DNA of 43,965 nt, from positions 1 through 43,965 of the forward strand of contig JBBDWT010000038.1 in NCBI GenBank assembly GCA_040902705.1, written 5' to 3'. The translations under genes and the position numbers were made by a program. Shown piece by piece: positions 16,238 through 25,000 of the stretch (the first letter of the stretch is position 1; every line of letters begins with the position of its first letter). Below the pieces are notes generated by a model, which saw only the letters and a program-made list of their open reading frames with translations, did not search any database and was not told the origin of the DNA. Source of the stretch: Acidimicrobiia bacterium (GTDB taxonomy: Bacteria > Actinomycetota > Acidimicrobiia > IMCC26256 > PALSA-555).

Positions 16238-17353
16238 TCACCGTGGCCAGATCGCGCCGCGCGACCGCTCCACCCAGCCCTTGCGTTCGAGGTCGACCAC
16301 CGCGACGGCGATGTGGGCCGCGGTCAGCCCGGTGCGGCTCGCCAGCTGGTCGGGCGTCGCGCACTCGCCACCGAGCGCATCGAGCAGCGCGCGACCGTCG
16401 ACGGTCGGTGCCGGCCGAGGCGGTGCCGGCACCGAGGTGCGGGCCGCAGCCGGTGAGATGCCCAGTGCGATGAGGACATCTCCCCAGTCGACGAGCGGGT
16501 GCGCGCCGTCGGCGATGAGTGCGTTGGTGCCCGCCGCTGCGGGGTTCCTCCGCGAGCCCGGCACCGCCAGCACCGTCCGTCCGTACTCGAGCGCGAACTG
16601 TGCGGTGATCCGCGCACCACCGCCGATCGTCGCCTCGACGACGACCACCACATCGGCGAGTGCCGCGATGATGCGATTGCGAACCGGGAACAGCCCCTGG
16701 CGCGGTCCGACCCCGAAGCCCTGCTCGCCGACCACGAGCCCCGCGGCGCGGACGCGCTCCGTGAGGACCGCGTGGCGGCGCGGATAGATCACGTCGAGCC
16801 CGGTCGCGACGACGCCGACCGTCTGGCCCGCTCCGGCGAGCGCGCCTTCGTGAGCGGCTCCGTCGATGCCGATGGCCAGGCCGCTGACCACGGTGACGCC
16901 AGCCGCACCGAGCTCCTGGCAGAGCTCTCGTGCGTCGGTGATGCCGTGCGGTGTGGCAGCGCGGGTGCCGACGACCGCGACGCGCGGTGCTTCGAGCGCG
17001 TCGACTGCAGCGCCCTCGGCGAGCAGCACCGGTGGGCGGTCGGGGACCTGGTCGAGGATCGGATAGCCGTCCGAGCCGTCGACCCACACGCGGGTACCCC
17101 GCTGGGCGAGGCGTCGCGCCACCGGGCCCGTGTCGGCTCGTGCGCGCCATCGTCGCTCGAGGTCACGCCAGTCGCCGCGCTCGCGCGTCCGACATCGCGG
17201 CGACAGGACCGCCGTCGCACGTCCGGCGCGTACCGCCTCGAGCGCACCGATCGGCCCGCCACATCCGTCGAACAGCGCGCGCAGCCGAGTCGGGGTCATG
17301 TCGGGGAGGCATGCGAGCGTTGCTGCGGCGAGGTCGTGCGGGGCGAGGCTCAC
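16238..17353 (-). CDS. dprA: DNA-processing protein DprA (Smf)
   Basis: GTG 17353 overlaps the comM stop (GTGA). Rossmann-like core VAVVGTRAATPHG...VVSGLAIGIDGAAHEGAL...GVVATGLDVIYPRRH...FPVRNRIIA, plus a C-terminal winged helix. Confidence 0.92.
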   Translation of the reverse strand: MSLAPHDLAAATLACLPDMTPTRLRALFDGCGGPIGALEAVRAGRATAVLSPRCRTRERGDWRDLERRWRARADTGPVARRLAQRGTRVWVDGSDGYPILDQVPDRPPVLLAEGAAVDALEAPRVAVVGTRAATPHGITDARELCQELGAAGVTVVSGLAIGIDGAAHEGALAGAGQTVGVVATGLDVIYPRRHAVLTERVRAAGLVVGEQGFGVGPRQGLFPVRNRIIAALADVVVVVEATIGGGARITAQFALEYGRTVLAVPGSRRNPAAAGTNALIADGAHPLVDWGDVLIALGISPAAARTSVPAPPRPAPTVDGRALLDALGGECATPDQLASRTGLTAAHIAVAVVDLERKGWVERSRGAIWPR

Positions 17354-18864
17354 GGCACGTCCTCCCGGAGCAGTGACGCCATGGCGATGTGCTCGGGCGC
17401 GACGTCGGCGGCGCGGTCGAGATCGGCGAGCGTGCGCGCCACTCGCCGGATCCGCGCGCCGCCCCGCCCGGTGAGCTGACGGGCCTCGCTCTCGGCGCGC
17501 CAGGCATCGTGTGCGTCGGGTCGGAGCGGCACGAGCCGCCCGAGTGCGCCCGCCGGGATGTGCGCGTTCCGACGCCACGGCGTGCCGGCAAGGCGGGCAC
17601 GCTGCTGCGCGACCGCCGCCACGACTCGTGTGCGCACATCGGCGGACGACTCGCCGAGCTCGTCGGCGGCGCTCGGTGGCGTGACTGCGAGGCGCAGGTC
17701 GAAGCGGTCGAGCAATGGAGCCGACAGCCGCCGTCGATAGCGGGCCCGTTCGCCCTCACCGCATCCGCAGGCCGGGGGGCCGAGGCCGCAAGGGCACGGA
17801 TTCGTGCACGCGACGAGGAGGAAGTCGGCCGGGAAGCGCAGCGACACCGCTTGGCGCGCGATCCACACGACGCGCTCCTCCAACGGCTGGCGGAGCGCGT
17901 CGAGGGCGCGCGGTGCGAACTCGCCGAGCTCGTCGAGAAAGAAGACACCGCGGTGCGCGAGCGTCACCTCGCCGGGTCGCGGTCGCCCACTGCCACCGCC
18001 GACGAGGGCTGCGACCGATGCCGTGTGGTGCGGCGCTCGGAACGGCGGGGTACGGACCAGCCGCTGCGCGTCGCGACCGGCGACGGAGTGGATCTGTGTC
18101 ACCTCCAACGCCTCCGCGTCGGTCAGCGCAGGGAGAACCGTGGACATCCGGCGCGCCACCATCGTCTTGCCGGCGCCGGGCGGCCCACTCAGCAACAGGT
18201 GGTGACCACCTGCGGCCGCGGTCTCGAGTGCGCGGCGCGCCCAGGCGAGCCCGCGCACCTCGGCGAGATCGAGGGGCTCGTCGGTCTCCGGGTCGTCGGT
18301 GGCCCGAGACGCCAGCGGCGGTGCCGGCCAGTCGCTCTCTTGCTTCACGCATGCCCGGAGCTCCGCGAGCGTGAAGGCCGCCAGCACTTCGACCCCGGGG
18401 ACCAGGCCCGCCTCTGCCGCGTTCGGGGCGGGCACGATCACGCGTCGATGACCTGCGCGCGCGAGCGCAGCGACGAGGGCGAGCGTTCCTGGGACCGCGC
18501 GGATCGACCCGTCGAGGCCGAGCTCGCCGAGCACCGCGACCGAATCGAGCGCTCCCGCCGGAAGCTCGTCGGTCGCGGCGAGCACGCCGAGCGCCGCGGC
18601 GAGATCGAGGCCCGCGCCCGCCTTGCGCACGCCACTCGGCGCGAGGTTCACCGTCACGCGTCGCGTCGGCCATTCGAGGTCGGACGAGAGCAGCGCGGCG
18701 CGCACGCGCTCTCGTGACTCACGGATCGCGGTGTCGGGAAGCCCCACGACGTGATACGCCGGCAACCCGGCCGAGACGTGGACCTCGACCGTGACGACCT
18801 GCCCGTCGACGCCGAGGAGCGTCGCGCTGGTGACGGATGCGAGCACGGCCCGCCCCTTCCTCAT
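17350..18864 (-). CDS. comM: YifB/ComM family Mg-chelatase-like AAA+ ATPase
   Basis: ATG 18864 (alternative GTG 18846) lies inside track ORF 17350..19953. There is a Lon-like N-domain (SATLLGVDGQVVTVEVHVSAGLP) and the Walker A motif LLLSGPPGAGKTM. FFLDELGEF and a C-terminal cysteine cluster CPCGLGPPACGC are also present. Confidence 0.92.
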   Translation of the reverse strand: MRKGRAVLASVTSATLLGVDGQVVTVEVHVSAGLPAYHVVGLPDTAIRESRERVRAALLSSDLEWPTRRVTVNLAPSGVRKAGAGLDLAAALGVLAATDELPAGALDSVAVLGELGLDGSIRAVPGTLALVAALARAGHRRVIVPAPNAAEAGLVPGVEVLAAFTLAELRACVKQESDWPAPPLASRATDDPETDEPLDLAEVRGLAWARRALETAAAGGHHLLLSGPPGAGKTMVARRMSTVLPALTDAEALEVTQIHSVAGRDAQRLVRTPPFRAPHHTASVAALVGGGSGRPRPGEVTLAHRGVFFLDELGEFAPRALDALRQPLEERVVWIARQAVSLRFPADFLLVACTNPCPCGLGPPACGCGEGERARYRRRLSAPLLDRFDLRLAVTPPSAADELGESSADVRTRVVAAVAQQRARLAGTPWRRNAHIPAGALGRLVPLRPDAHDAWRAESEARQLTGRGGARIRRVARTLADLDRAADVAPEHIAMASLLREDVP

Positions 18865-19050
18865 CGTCGTGCGGTGCACGCACGCTGTGATGGAAGGCCG
18901 GTCGACCGCGGCCTCGACGGTCCCGTGACCGTAGGAGACGGGTGTGACAGCCTCGGACGTCGCGCCACGCTTCACGGCTGAGCACCTCGCCTTCCGGCGC
19001 TCTCCGTGCAAACACCCATTTGCGCCAGGATCGACAGGTAGCCTCACGGT

Positions 19051-19965
19051 GTGTCGTGGGGTGTAGATGAGTACTTCGCGTCGCTCGGCGCATACAGCCC
19101 CCAGACCCGACGCGCGTACGAGCACGACGTGTCCGAGTTCGTCGCGTGGGCCGAGCGGGGCGGGTGCCCCGATCCCGTTCGCGCGGACCGGCGCGTGCTC
19201 CGCCGCTACCTCGCCTACCTGAACACGCGCGGCTTCGCCCGCCGGTACATCGCCCGCAAGGTCGCCGCGGTCCGGGGCTACCTCCGACATCTGCACCGCA
19301 AGGGTGAGCTCCCGATCGACCCCGGCCGCGGGATGCGGACCCCCAAGGGCGAGGCTCGCCTCCCGCGTGTGCCAGCGTCGGCCGAGACGGTGGCGCTGCT
19401 CGACGCCGCGGCCGAGGCCGTCGAGCGGCTCCCGGGTGAGGGCGACGACCCGGTGGCCGGTGCCCTGGCGCGCCGCGACCTCGCGATGCTCGAGGTGCTC
19501 TACGGCGCCGGCCTGCGCGTCAGCGAGTGCTGCGGTCTCCAGATCTCCGAGTGCGACCTCGACCGCGGGCTGCTCACCGTGGTCGGCAAGGGGTCGAAGG
19601 TGCGCCGGATCCCGGTCGGCATGCCGGCGCGCGCCGCGCTGCGCGAATGGTTGACGCAGGGCCGACCGGTGCTCGCCACGCTCGACTCGCCGCCCGACGC
19701 GGTGTTCCTCGCTCGGCGCGGCGGGCAGCTGTCGTCGCGCGAAGCGCACCGCGTCGTCGCCGCGCATCCGCTTGCCGACGGGCGCAGCCTGCACCCGCAC
19801 GCGCTCCGTCACGCCTACGCGACGCACCTGCTCGAAGGCGGTGCCGACCTGCGCGCAGTGCAGGAGCTCCTCGGCCACGCCGACCTCGCGACTACGCAGG
19901 TCTACACCCACCTCACCCGCGACCGACTCCGCGCCGTCTACGACGCGACGCATCCTCGTGCCTGA
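19051..19965 (+). CDS. xerC: tyrosine recombinase XerC
   Basis: SAM-like N-domain and catalytic C-domain with [50 protein letters not shown]. It holds the conserved position next to dprA. Confidence 0.9.
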   Translation: MSWGVDEYFASLGAYSPQTRRAYEHDVSEFVAWAERGGCPDPVRADRRVLRRYLAYLNTRGFARRYIARKVAAVRGYLRHLHRKGELPIDPGRGMRTPKGEARLPRVPASAETVALLDAAAEAVERLPGEGDDPVAGALARRDLAMLEVLYGAGLRVSECCGLQISECDLDRGLLTVVGKGSKVRRIPVGMPARAALREWLTQGRPVLATLDSPPDAVFLARRGGQLSSREAHRVVAAHPLADGRSLHPHALRHAYATHLLEGGADLRAVQELLGHADLATTQVYTHLTRDRLRAVYDATHPRA

Positions 19966-20773
19966 CGACGACTACGACGCCGAAGCGGTCGCGGCCGCCG
20001 ACGCGGCCATCAAGGCGCTCTGGCAGGAGTACAAGGCCGATCACACCGAGGCCGCGCGGGAGCGACTGATCCTCAACTACTCGCCGCTGGTGAAGTTCGT
20101 CGCCGGACGCGTCGCATCCGGCCTCCCGCAGAACGTCGAGCAGGCCGACCTGGTGAGCTACGGGATCTTCGGGCTCATCGATGCCATCGACAAGTTCGAT
20201 CTCGAGCGGGGCTTCAAGTTCGAGACCTACGCGATCTCGCGTATCAAGGGCGCGATCATCGACGAGCTCCGCTCGATCGACTGGGTGCCGCGCTCGGTGC
20301 GCGCCAAGGCGCGATCGATCGAGCGGGCCTACTCGAAGCTCGAAGGCGAGTTCCGCCGCACTCCGGATGACAAGGAGATCGCGGCCGAGCTCGAGATGAC
20401 GCAGCAGGAGCTGGACCACACCCTCTCCCAGATCTCGTTCACCGGCCTCGTCGCCCTCGACGAGCTCCTCGGCGGCGGTGGTGGCAACGGCGACGGCGGG
20501 GGCTCGTCGACGGTGGGTGACACCGTCGCCGACGGCGCGAACGACCCGGTCGAGGCGTTCGAGGTCGACGAGATGAAGCGCCTGCTCGCCGACATGATCA
20601 TGCGCATGGGTGACCGCGAGCGCCTCGTCCTCACTCTCTACTACTACGAGGGCCTCACGTTGGCGGAGATCGGCCAGGTGCTCGGCGTCACCGAGAGCCG
20701 CATCTGCCAGATCCACACCAAGGCGATCCTCCAGCTCCGCTCACGGCTCGCCGAGCCCGCCGAGCCCGCATAG
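19958..20773 (+). CDS. whiG: FliA/WhiG-family RNA polymerase sigma factor
   Basis: GTG 19958 overlaps the xerC end by 8 nt. Region 2 is [15 protein letters not shown]...[18 protein letters not shown]...[18 protein letters not shown]. Region 4 is [25 protein letters not shown]. The symbol is assigned by family and synteny only. Confidence 0.85.
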   Translation: MPDDDYDAEAVAAADAAIKALWQEYKADHTEAARERLILNYSPLVKFVAGRVASGLPQNVEQADLVSYGIFGLIDAIDKFDLERGFKFETYAISRIKGAIIDELRSIDWVPRSVRAKARSIERAYSKLEGEFRRTPDDKEIAAELEMTQQELDHTLSQISFTGLVALDELLGGGGGNGDGGGSSTVGDTVADGANDPVEAFEVDEMKRLLADMIMRMGDRERLVLTLYYYEGLTLAEIGQVLGVTESRICQIHTKAILQLRSRLAEPAEPA

Positions 20774-20922
20774 TCGCTCGCCTTCGCGCGAGCCCGCAGA
20801 GTCGGCTCACCTCCGCGCGAGTCTCGTCGACCCGCGGTGGTGCCCTGACCGTCGTCACGATCGCCCGGGTGCGCGGTCTTCCGGACCGTTCGCACTGATC
20901 TCCTCGCCCCCGCTTCCTCGCG

Positions 20923-20955
20923 CCTTCCCCGGCTCCTTCGCGTGCCCGGGGAAGG
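20923..20955 (+). promoter_or_regulatory. 10-bp-stem hairpin occluding the Shine-Dalgarno of the M23-hydrolase gene
   Basis: CCTTCCCCGG (20923-20932) pairs perfectly with CCGGGGAAGG (20946-20955) across a 13-nt loop. The 3' arm contains GGAAGG, 3 nt upstream of ATG 20959. Confidence 0.45.
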
Positions 20956-20958
20956 CCG

Positions 20959-22674
20959 ATGCGCCTGCGTGCCCGGTCGCGGCAGAGATGGGTCGTCCTC
21001 GCCGTGGCCTCCGTCGCTCTCGCTGCCGACGCGCTGCCGGTGGCTGCGCTCGCGCAGGCGCGCGCGTGGGTCCCGCCGGTCACCGGTCCGGTCGTGCGGC
21101 CCTTCGTCGAGCCGATCGCGACGTATGCGCCCGGTCACCGGGGAGTCGACTTCGCAGCCGCTGCAGGTTCAGCGGTGCACGCGTCGAACGACGGCGTCGT
21201 GTCGTTCGTCGGCACCGTCGCCGGTGCCCTGCACGTCGTCGTCGCACACGACGGCGGGATCCGCACCTCGTACTCGTTCCTGTCCTCCGCGAGCGTCGGC
21301 ACCGGCGACCACGTCGAGCGTGGCCAGGTCGTCGGTCGCGCGGGCGGCACCGGCGAAGGTCACGGTCCCGGACTCCTGCACTTCGGCGTCCGCATCGGTG
21401 ACCGCTACGTCGACCCGATGCTCCTGTTCCGACCGCGCGACCTCACGCAGATCGTTCGCCTCGTCCCGGCTCCTGAGCTCGCGGCGGCGGAGCATCCCGA
21501 TCCCCGAGCAGAGCGACGCGAGCTCGAGCGCTGGCTCGCGAACGAGCTGGGCGGCGGCGGCATCGGCTGGGTCGCTGACCGTGCTGTGGAGGCAGTCGAT
21601 GCCGGCATCGAGCTCGTGGGGAACGCGAGTGAGCAGGGGCGGGAATGGGCCGAAGCGGTCGGAGACGTGGCCCGTTCGACCGTTCGCACGATCGGCAAGG
21701 CGGTGGACGAGGTGCGCGATCGCCTGCTGGCAACGCCGATCGGTCTTCTGGTCCAGGATCTCGTGGCCGGCGGCGCCGCGTTCCTCGGCTGGTTCGCGCG
21801 TGAATGCGACGACAACGCCCCTCCTGCGAACGGGCGCGGAGGTTCGGGCAACGCGATGGTCGCAGTGGGAGGCATCGACTCGCATCGCGAGCGCGGCGAC
21901 GATCGCAGCTTCGCACTCCCCGCGGGGTTGCTCGGCTACGACAGGTCCGACCGCTACTGGTTCTCGTACCGCGAGGGCTCCGCGGACTATCGGAAGGAAG
22001 ACACCTACGGCGATCTTCATCGCAAGGCGCGCATGCTCGGTGAGCAGCTCAAACGCGCCGCCCGCGAAGAACCGGGTCGCGCGTTCGATCTCATCGGGCA
22101 TTCGCAAGGTGGTGTCGTGATCGCGCTGTTCTTGGCCGAGGTGTACAGCGGGCACGAGCACGAGTACCCGCCGATCGACAACGTCGTCGCCTTCGCGTCC
22201 CCGCTGAAGGGCTCTCCGTTCGCGTCGAGCGGAAAGTCGCTCGGGAGGAATCCGGTCGGCGACCAGGTCATGCGTCTCCTCGAGGGTTCAGGCGCGCCGA
22301 TCCCGAATCCGAGGGCCACCTCGATCCGTCAGCTGGCGGAGGACTCCGACGTGATCGACGCGATCGCCGACTGGGAGATCCCCGACGAGATCAACTTCAC
22401 GTCGATCGCGGGCGTCGAGGACATCGCGGTCCCCGTTCGCGCGACGGAGCTGGACGGTGCAGGAACGCAAGCGGTCGACGTCGGAGGCCCTGGCGATTCC
22501 CACACCAACATCACCAAGCATCCGCGCGCGCTCATGGCCGCGCGTGCCGCGCTCGAGCATCGAGCGATGCCCTGCACGTCGTTCAGCGAGAACGCGAAGG
22601 GATCGATCGCGTCGACGCTGCTCTCGGCAGCCGAGCGACAGGGCGCGCAACTCATTCCGACACTCCCGAGCTGA
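20959..22674 (+). CDS. secreted M23 (LytM-type) metallopeptidase fused to a C-terminal alpha/beta-hydrolase (lipase/esterase-like) domain
   Basis: Signal-like N-terminus. The M23 core is APGHRGVDFAA..GSAVHASNDGVVSFVG...VVVAHDGGIRTSYSFL...LHFGVRIGDRYVDP. After a ~170-aa linker comes a hydrolase fold with nucleophile elbow LIGHSQGG and later GVEDIAVP and GDSHTNI, candidate Asp and His residues. Confidence 0.85.
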   Translation: MRLRARSRQRWVVLAVASVALAADALPVAALAQARAWVPPVTGPVVRPFVEPIATYAPGHRGVDFAAAAGSAVHASNDGVVSFVGTVAGALHVVVAHDGGIRTSYSFLSSASVGTGDHVERGQVVGRAGGTGEGHGPGLLHFGVRIGDRYVDPMLLFRPRDLTQIVRLVPAPELAAAEHPDPRAERRELERWLANELGGGGIGWVADRAVEAVDAGIELVGNASEQGREWAEAVGDVARSTVRTIGKAVDEVRDRLLATPIGLLVQDLVAGGAAFLGWFARECDDNAPPANGRGGSGNAMVAVGGIDSHRERGDDRSFALPAGLLGYDRSDRYWFSYREGSADYRKEDTYGDLHRKARMLGEQLKRAAREEPGRAFDLIGHSQGGVVIALFLAEVYSGHEHEYPPIDNVVAFASPLKGSPFASSGKSLGRNPVGDQVMRLLEGSGAPIPNPRATSIRQLAEDSDVIDAIADWEIPDEINFTSIAGVEDIAVPVRATELDGAGTQAVDVGGPGDSHTNITKHPRALMAARAALEHRAMPCTSFSENAKGSIASTLLSAAERQGAQLIPTLPS

Positions 22675-22688
22675 CCGAGAGGATTCCT

Positions 22689-23846
22689 GTGTCTCCGAGC
22701 AAGCGACTGACGATGACCGTGGGCTGCGTGATCGGTGTGCTGTGCCTGATCGCTCCATCAGGTTGGTCGGCTCCCCGCACGCGCGGGCTGCTGCCCCAGC
22801 CTTGGGAAGGGACCTGGTCGACGCCCGGGCCTCCTCTGGCCAGCACCCTCGCCATGGACGAGATCGGAAGCGTCGCCGCCGGTTACGACGGCCACCTCGT
22901 CGCGCTCGACCCCCAAGGCGCCGCGCTCTGGACGACAGAGGTCGCGGGTGATGACCTCGGAAACGAGATCGCGTTGCTCCCGCACCTCGTGATCGTGCCG
23001 ACCGACGATCGGGTCACGGCACTGGACCGAGCCACCGGGACCGTGCGATGGGAGCGCCCCGCGACGAAGAGTCGCGTCACCACGGGCCCGCTCGGCGACG
23101 GCACCGACGGCGTGCTCGCAGCGACCGCGCGGGGCGAGATCATGCTGCTCGACGCGGCAACAGGCGACGATCGCGTTCGCATGACGTTGCCGGCTCCGCG
23201 CCCGAACGGCGCGCCGTACGTGTGGATCAGCGAAGGCAGCGCGGCCGTCGCATGGACGGGCGATCGTTCCTGCTGTCACCTCGGCGGTGTGGACCTCGAG
23301 ACGGGAGCGCTCCGATGGCACTCGAAGATCACTCACGATTCCACGGTCCCTGTGGTCCACCGTGGCCGCATGGTGGTTGCCGCGAACCGGCCGCGGGATC
23401 GCGAAGGAGCCGCGGTGGCCTACGACATCGTCTCCGGAGACGTCGCCTGGGAGACGCCCCTGCCCGGCACCTTCGGTCCGGGACTCTGGGGCGATGCGTC
23501 CGGGAACAACGTCGTCGTCACGAACGCGGAGGGGTCGGTGCTCTCGCTCGACCTCGATGTCGGCAGCTCGCGCTGGACGAGCGAGCCGGTCGAACCCTCG
23601 CCCGAGGCTCGTCCGAAGATCGCCGGTGACCGGGTCTTCCTCACGCCGCTCAACGTCGGTGTGATCGAGATCGACCGAACGACCGGGGAGGTCCTCCAAG
23701 CCGGCCCGCTCACTCCCGAGGTGTACGTCCACTACTCGGCCGGTGGTCCGGGACGGTTCGAGCTGCTCGTCGGGACGGGCGTGGAGGCGGCGATCTGGGC
23801 GTTCGAGCCGTCCGACGCGGCCCGGTCCGCCGCGGAGAGCCGCTGA
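22689..23846 (+). CDS. secreted PQQ-like (BamB-type) beta-propeller repeat protein
   Basis: Signal peptide MTVGCVIGVLCLIAPSGWSAP. Blade motifs recur: VALDPQGAALW, VTALDRATGTVRWE, MLLDAATGD, GVDLETGALRWH, AYDIVSGDVAWE, LSLDLDVGSSRW, EIDRTTGEV. Confidence 0.8.
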   Translation: MSPSKRLTMTVGCVIGVLCLIAPSGWSAPRTRGLLPQPWEGTWSTPGPPLASTLAMDEIGSVAAGYDGHLVALDPQGAALWTTEVAGDDLGNEIALLPHLVIVPTDDRVTALDRATGTVRWERPATKSRVTTGPLGDGTDGVLAATARGEIMLLDAATGDDRVRMTLPAPRPNGAPYVWISEGSAAVAWTGDRSCCHLGGVDLETGALRWHSKITHDSTVPVVHRGRMVVAANRPRDREGAAVAYDIVSGDVAWETPLPGTFGPGLWGDASGNNVVVTNAEGSVLSLDLDVGSSRWTSEPVEPSPEARPKIAGDRVFLTPLNVGVIEIDRTTGEVLQAGPLTPEVYVHYSAGGPGRFELLVGTGVEAAIWAFEPSDAARSAAESR

Positions 23847-23872
23847 GGCCCGCCGATACACTGGTCCCTCGA

Positions 23873-23890
23873 CCCGGGCTGCGGCCCGGG
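23873..23890 (+). terminator. GC-rich hairpin downstream of the beta-propeller gene (possible intrinsic terminator; no U-tract)
   Basis: CCCGGGC-TGCG-GCCCGGG starts 27 nt after the stop at 23846. Confidence 0.3.
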
Positions 23891-23998
23891 ATCTCACACG
23901 CCCGTATCCCCCTCCCGAGAGGGGGAGACCCGGTGGCGGCTCGCCCTCAGGGGCGGTCGCTGGCAACGGGCGGAGGCTGAAAACCGAGGGAGAGATCT

Positions 23999-25000
23999 GT
24001 GGCTGTCGTCACGATGAAGCAGCTGCTGGAGGCCGGAGTGCACTTCGGCCACCAGACGCGCCGTTGGAACCCGAAGATGCGCCGTTTCATCTTCGGCGAA
24101 CGCAACGGGATCTACATCATCGACCTCCAGCAGACGCTGGAGCGGATCGACGCCGCCTACCGATTCATCCGCAAGACGGTGGAAGAGGGCGGCACGGTCA
24201 TGTTCGTGGGCACCAAGAAGCAGGCGCAGGAGCCGATCCAGCGCGAGGCGCAGCGCTCCAACATGCCGTACGTGAACTACCGCTGGCTCGGCGGGATGCT
24301 CACCAACTTCCAGACGGTGCACGCACGCGTCGCCAAGCTCGGTGAGCTCCAGCGCATGGTCGACACCGGCGAGACCGAGCAGATGATCAAGAAGGAAGGC
24401 CTGAAGGTCAAGCGCGAGCGCGACAAGCTCGAGCGGAATCTGGGCGGCATCCGCCGGATGGAGAAGCTCCCGAACGCGGTCTTCGTGATCGACACGAAGA
24501 AGGAGCACATCGCGGTGACCGAGGCCAACCGTCTCGGCATCCCCGTGATCGCGGTCGTCGACACCAACTGCGACCCCGATGTCATCGACTACGTGATCCC
24601 CGGCAACGACGATGCGATCCGCTCGGCCAACCTGATGACGCGCATCATCGCCGACGCCGTCGAGGAGGGCCGCTTCCTCGCCAAGAAGAAGGGCAAGGTG
24701 CTCCCCGAGCCCGGGGAGCCCAAGGTCGCGAAGCCGGTCGACCCCGCCGAGGCGAAGCGTCGCGAGCAGGAGCAGCAGGAAGCCCGCAACCAGGCGGCGC
24801 GCCAGCAGCGTGAGCGCGAAGAGCGCCTCCTCGCCGCGAAGAAGGCCGAGACGGCGACAGAGCCCGTTGCGGACGCGGATGCCGCGCCGGCAGAGGCAGC
24901 CGCACCGGCAGCCCCACCCGCAGCCCCGGAGGTCAGTGCAGAGGCACCGGCAGACGACCCGGGCACGACCGAGGTACAGGAGAGCGACACCAATGGCTGA
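23999..25000 (+). CDS. rpsB: 30S ribosomal protein S2 with a Lys/Glu/Ala/Pro-rich C-terminal extension
   Basis: [41 protein letters not shown] is the canonical S2 N-terminus. Confidence 0.95.
   Translation: MAVVTMKQLLEAGVHFGHQTRRWNPKMRRFIFGERNGIYIIDLQQTLERIDAAYRFIRKTVEEGGTVMFVGTKKQAQEPIQREAQRSNMPYVNYRWLGGMLTNFQTVHARVAKLGELQRMVDTGETEQMIKKEGLKVKRERDKLERNLGGIRRMEKLPNAVFVIDTKKEHIAVTEANRLGIPVIAVVDTNCDPDVIDYVIPGNDDAIRSANLMTRIIADAVEEGRFLAKKKGKVLPEPGEPKVAKPVDPAEAKRREQEQQEARNQAARQQREREERLLAAKKAETATEPVADADAAPAEAAAPAAPPAAPEVSAEAPADDPGTTEVQESDTNG

Noticed and set aside
19051-19965. xerC as a phage or integrative-element integrase marking a mobile element
   Set aside because: It occupies the conserved housekeeping xerC position beside dprA. 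No att-like repeats, tRNA gene, excisionase or phage genes are nearby.
20774-20958. c-di-AMP (ydaO) riboswitch upstream of the wall-hydrolase gene
   Set aside because: The context is right for Actinomycetota, but I could not find the conserved ydaO core sequences or the pseudo-two-fold architecture by eye. A covariance-model search is needed to be sure.
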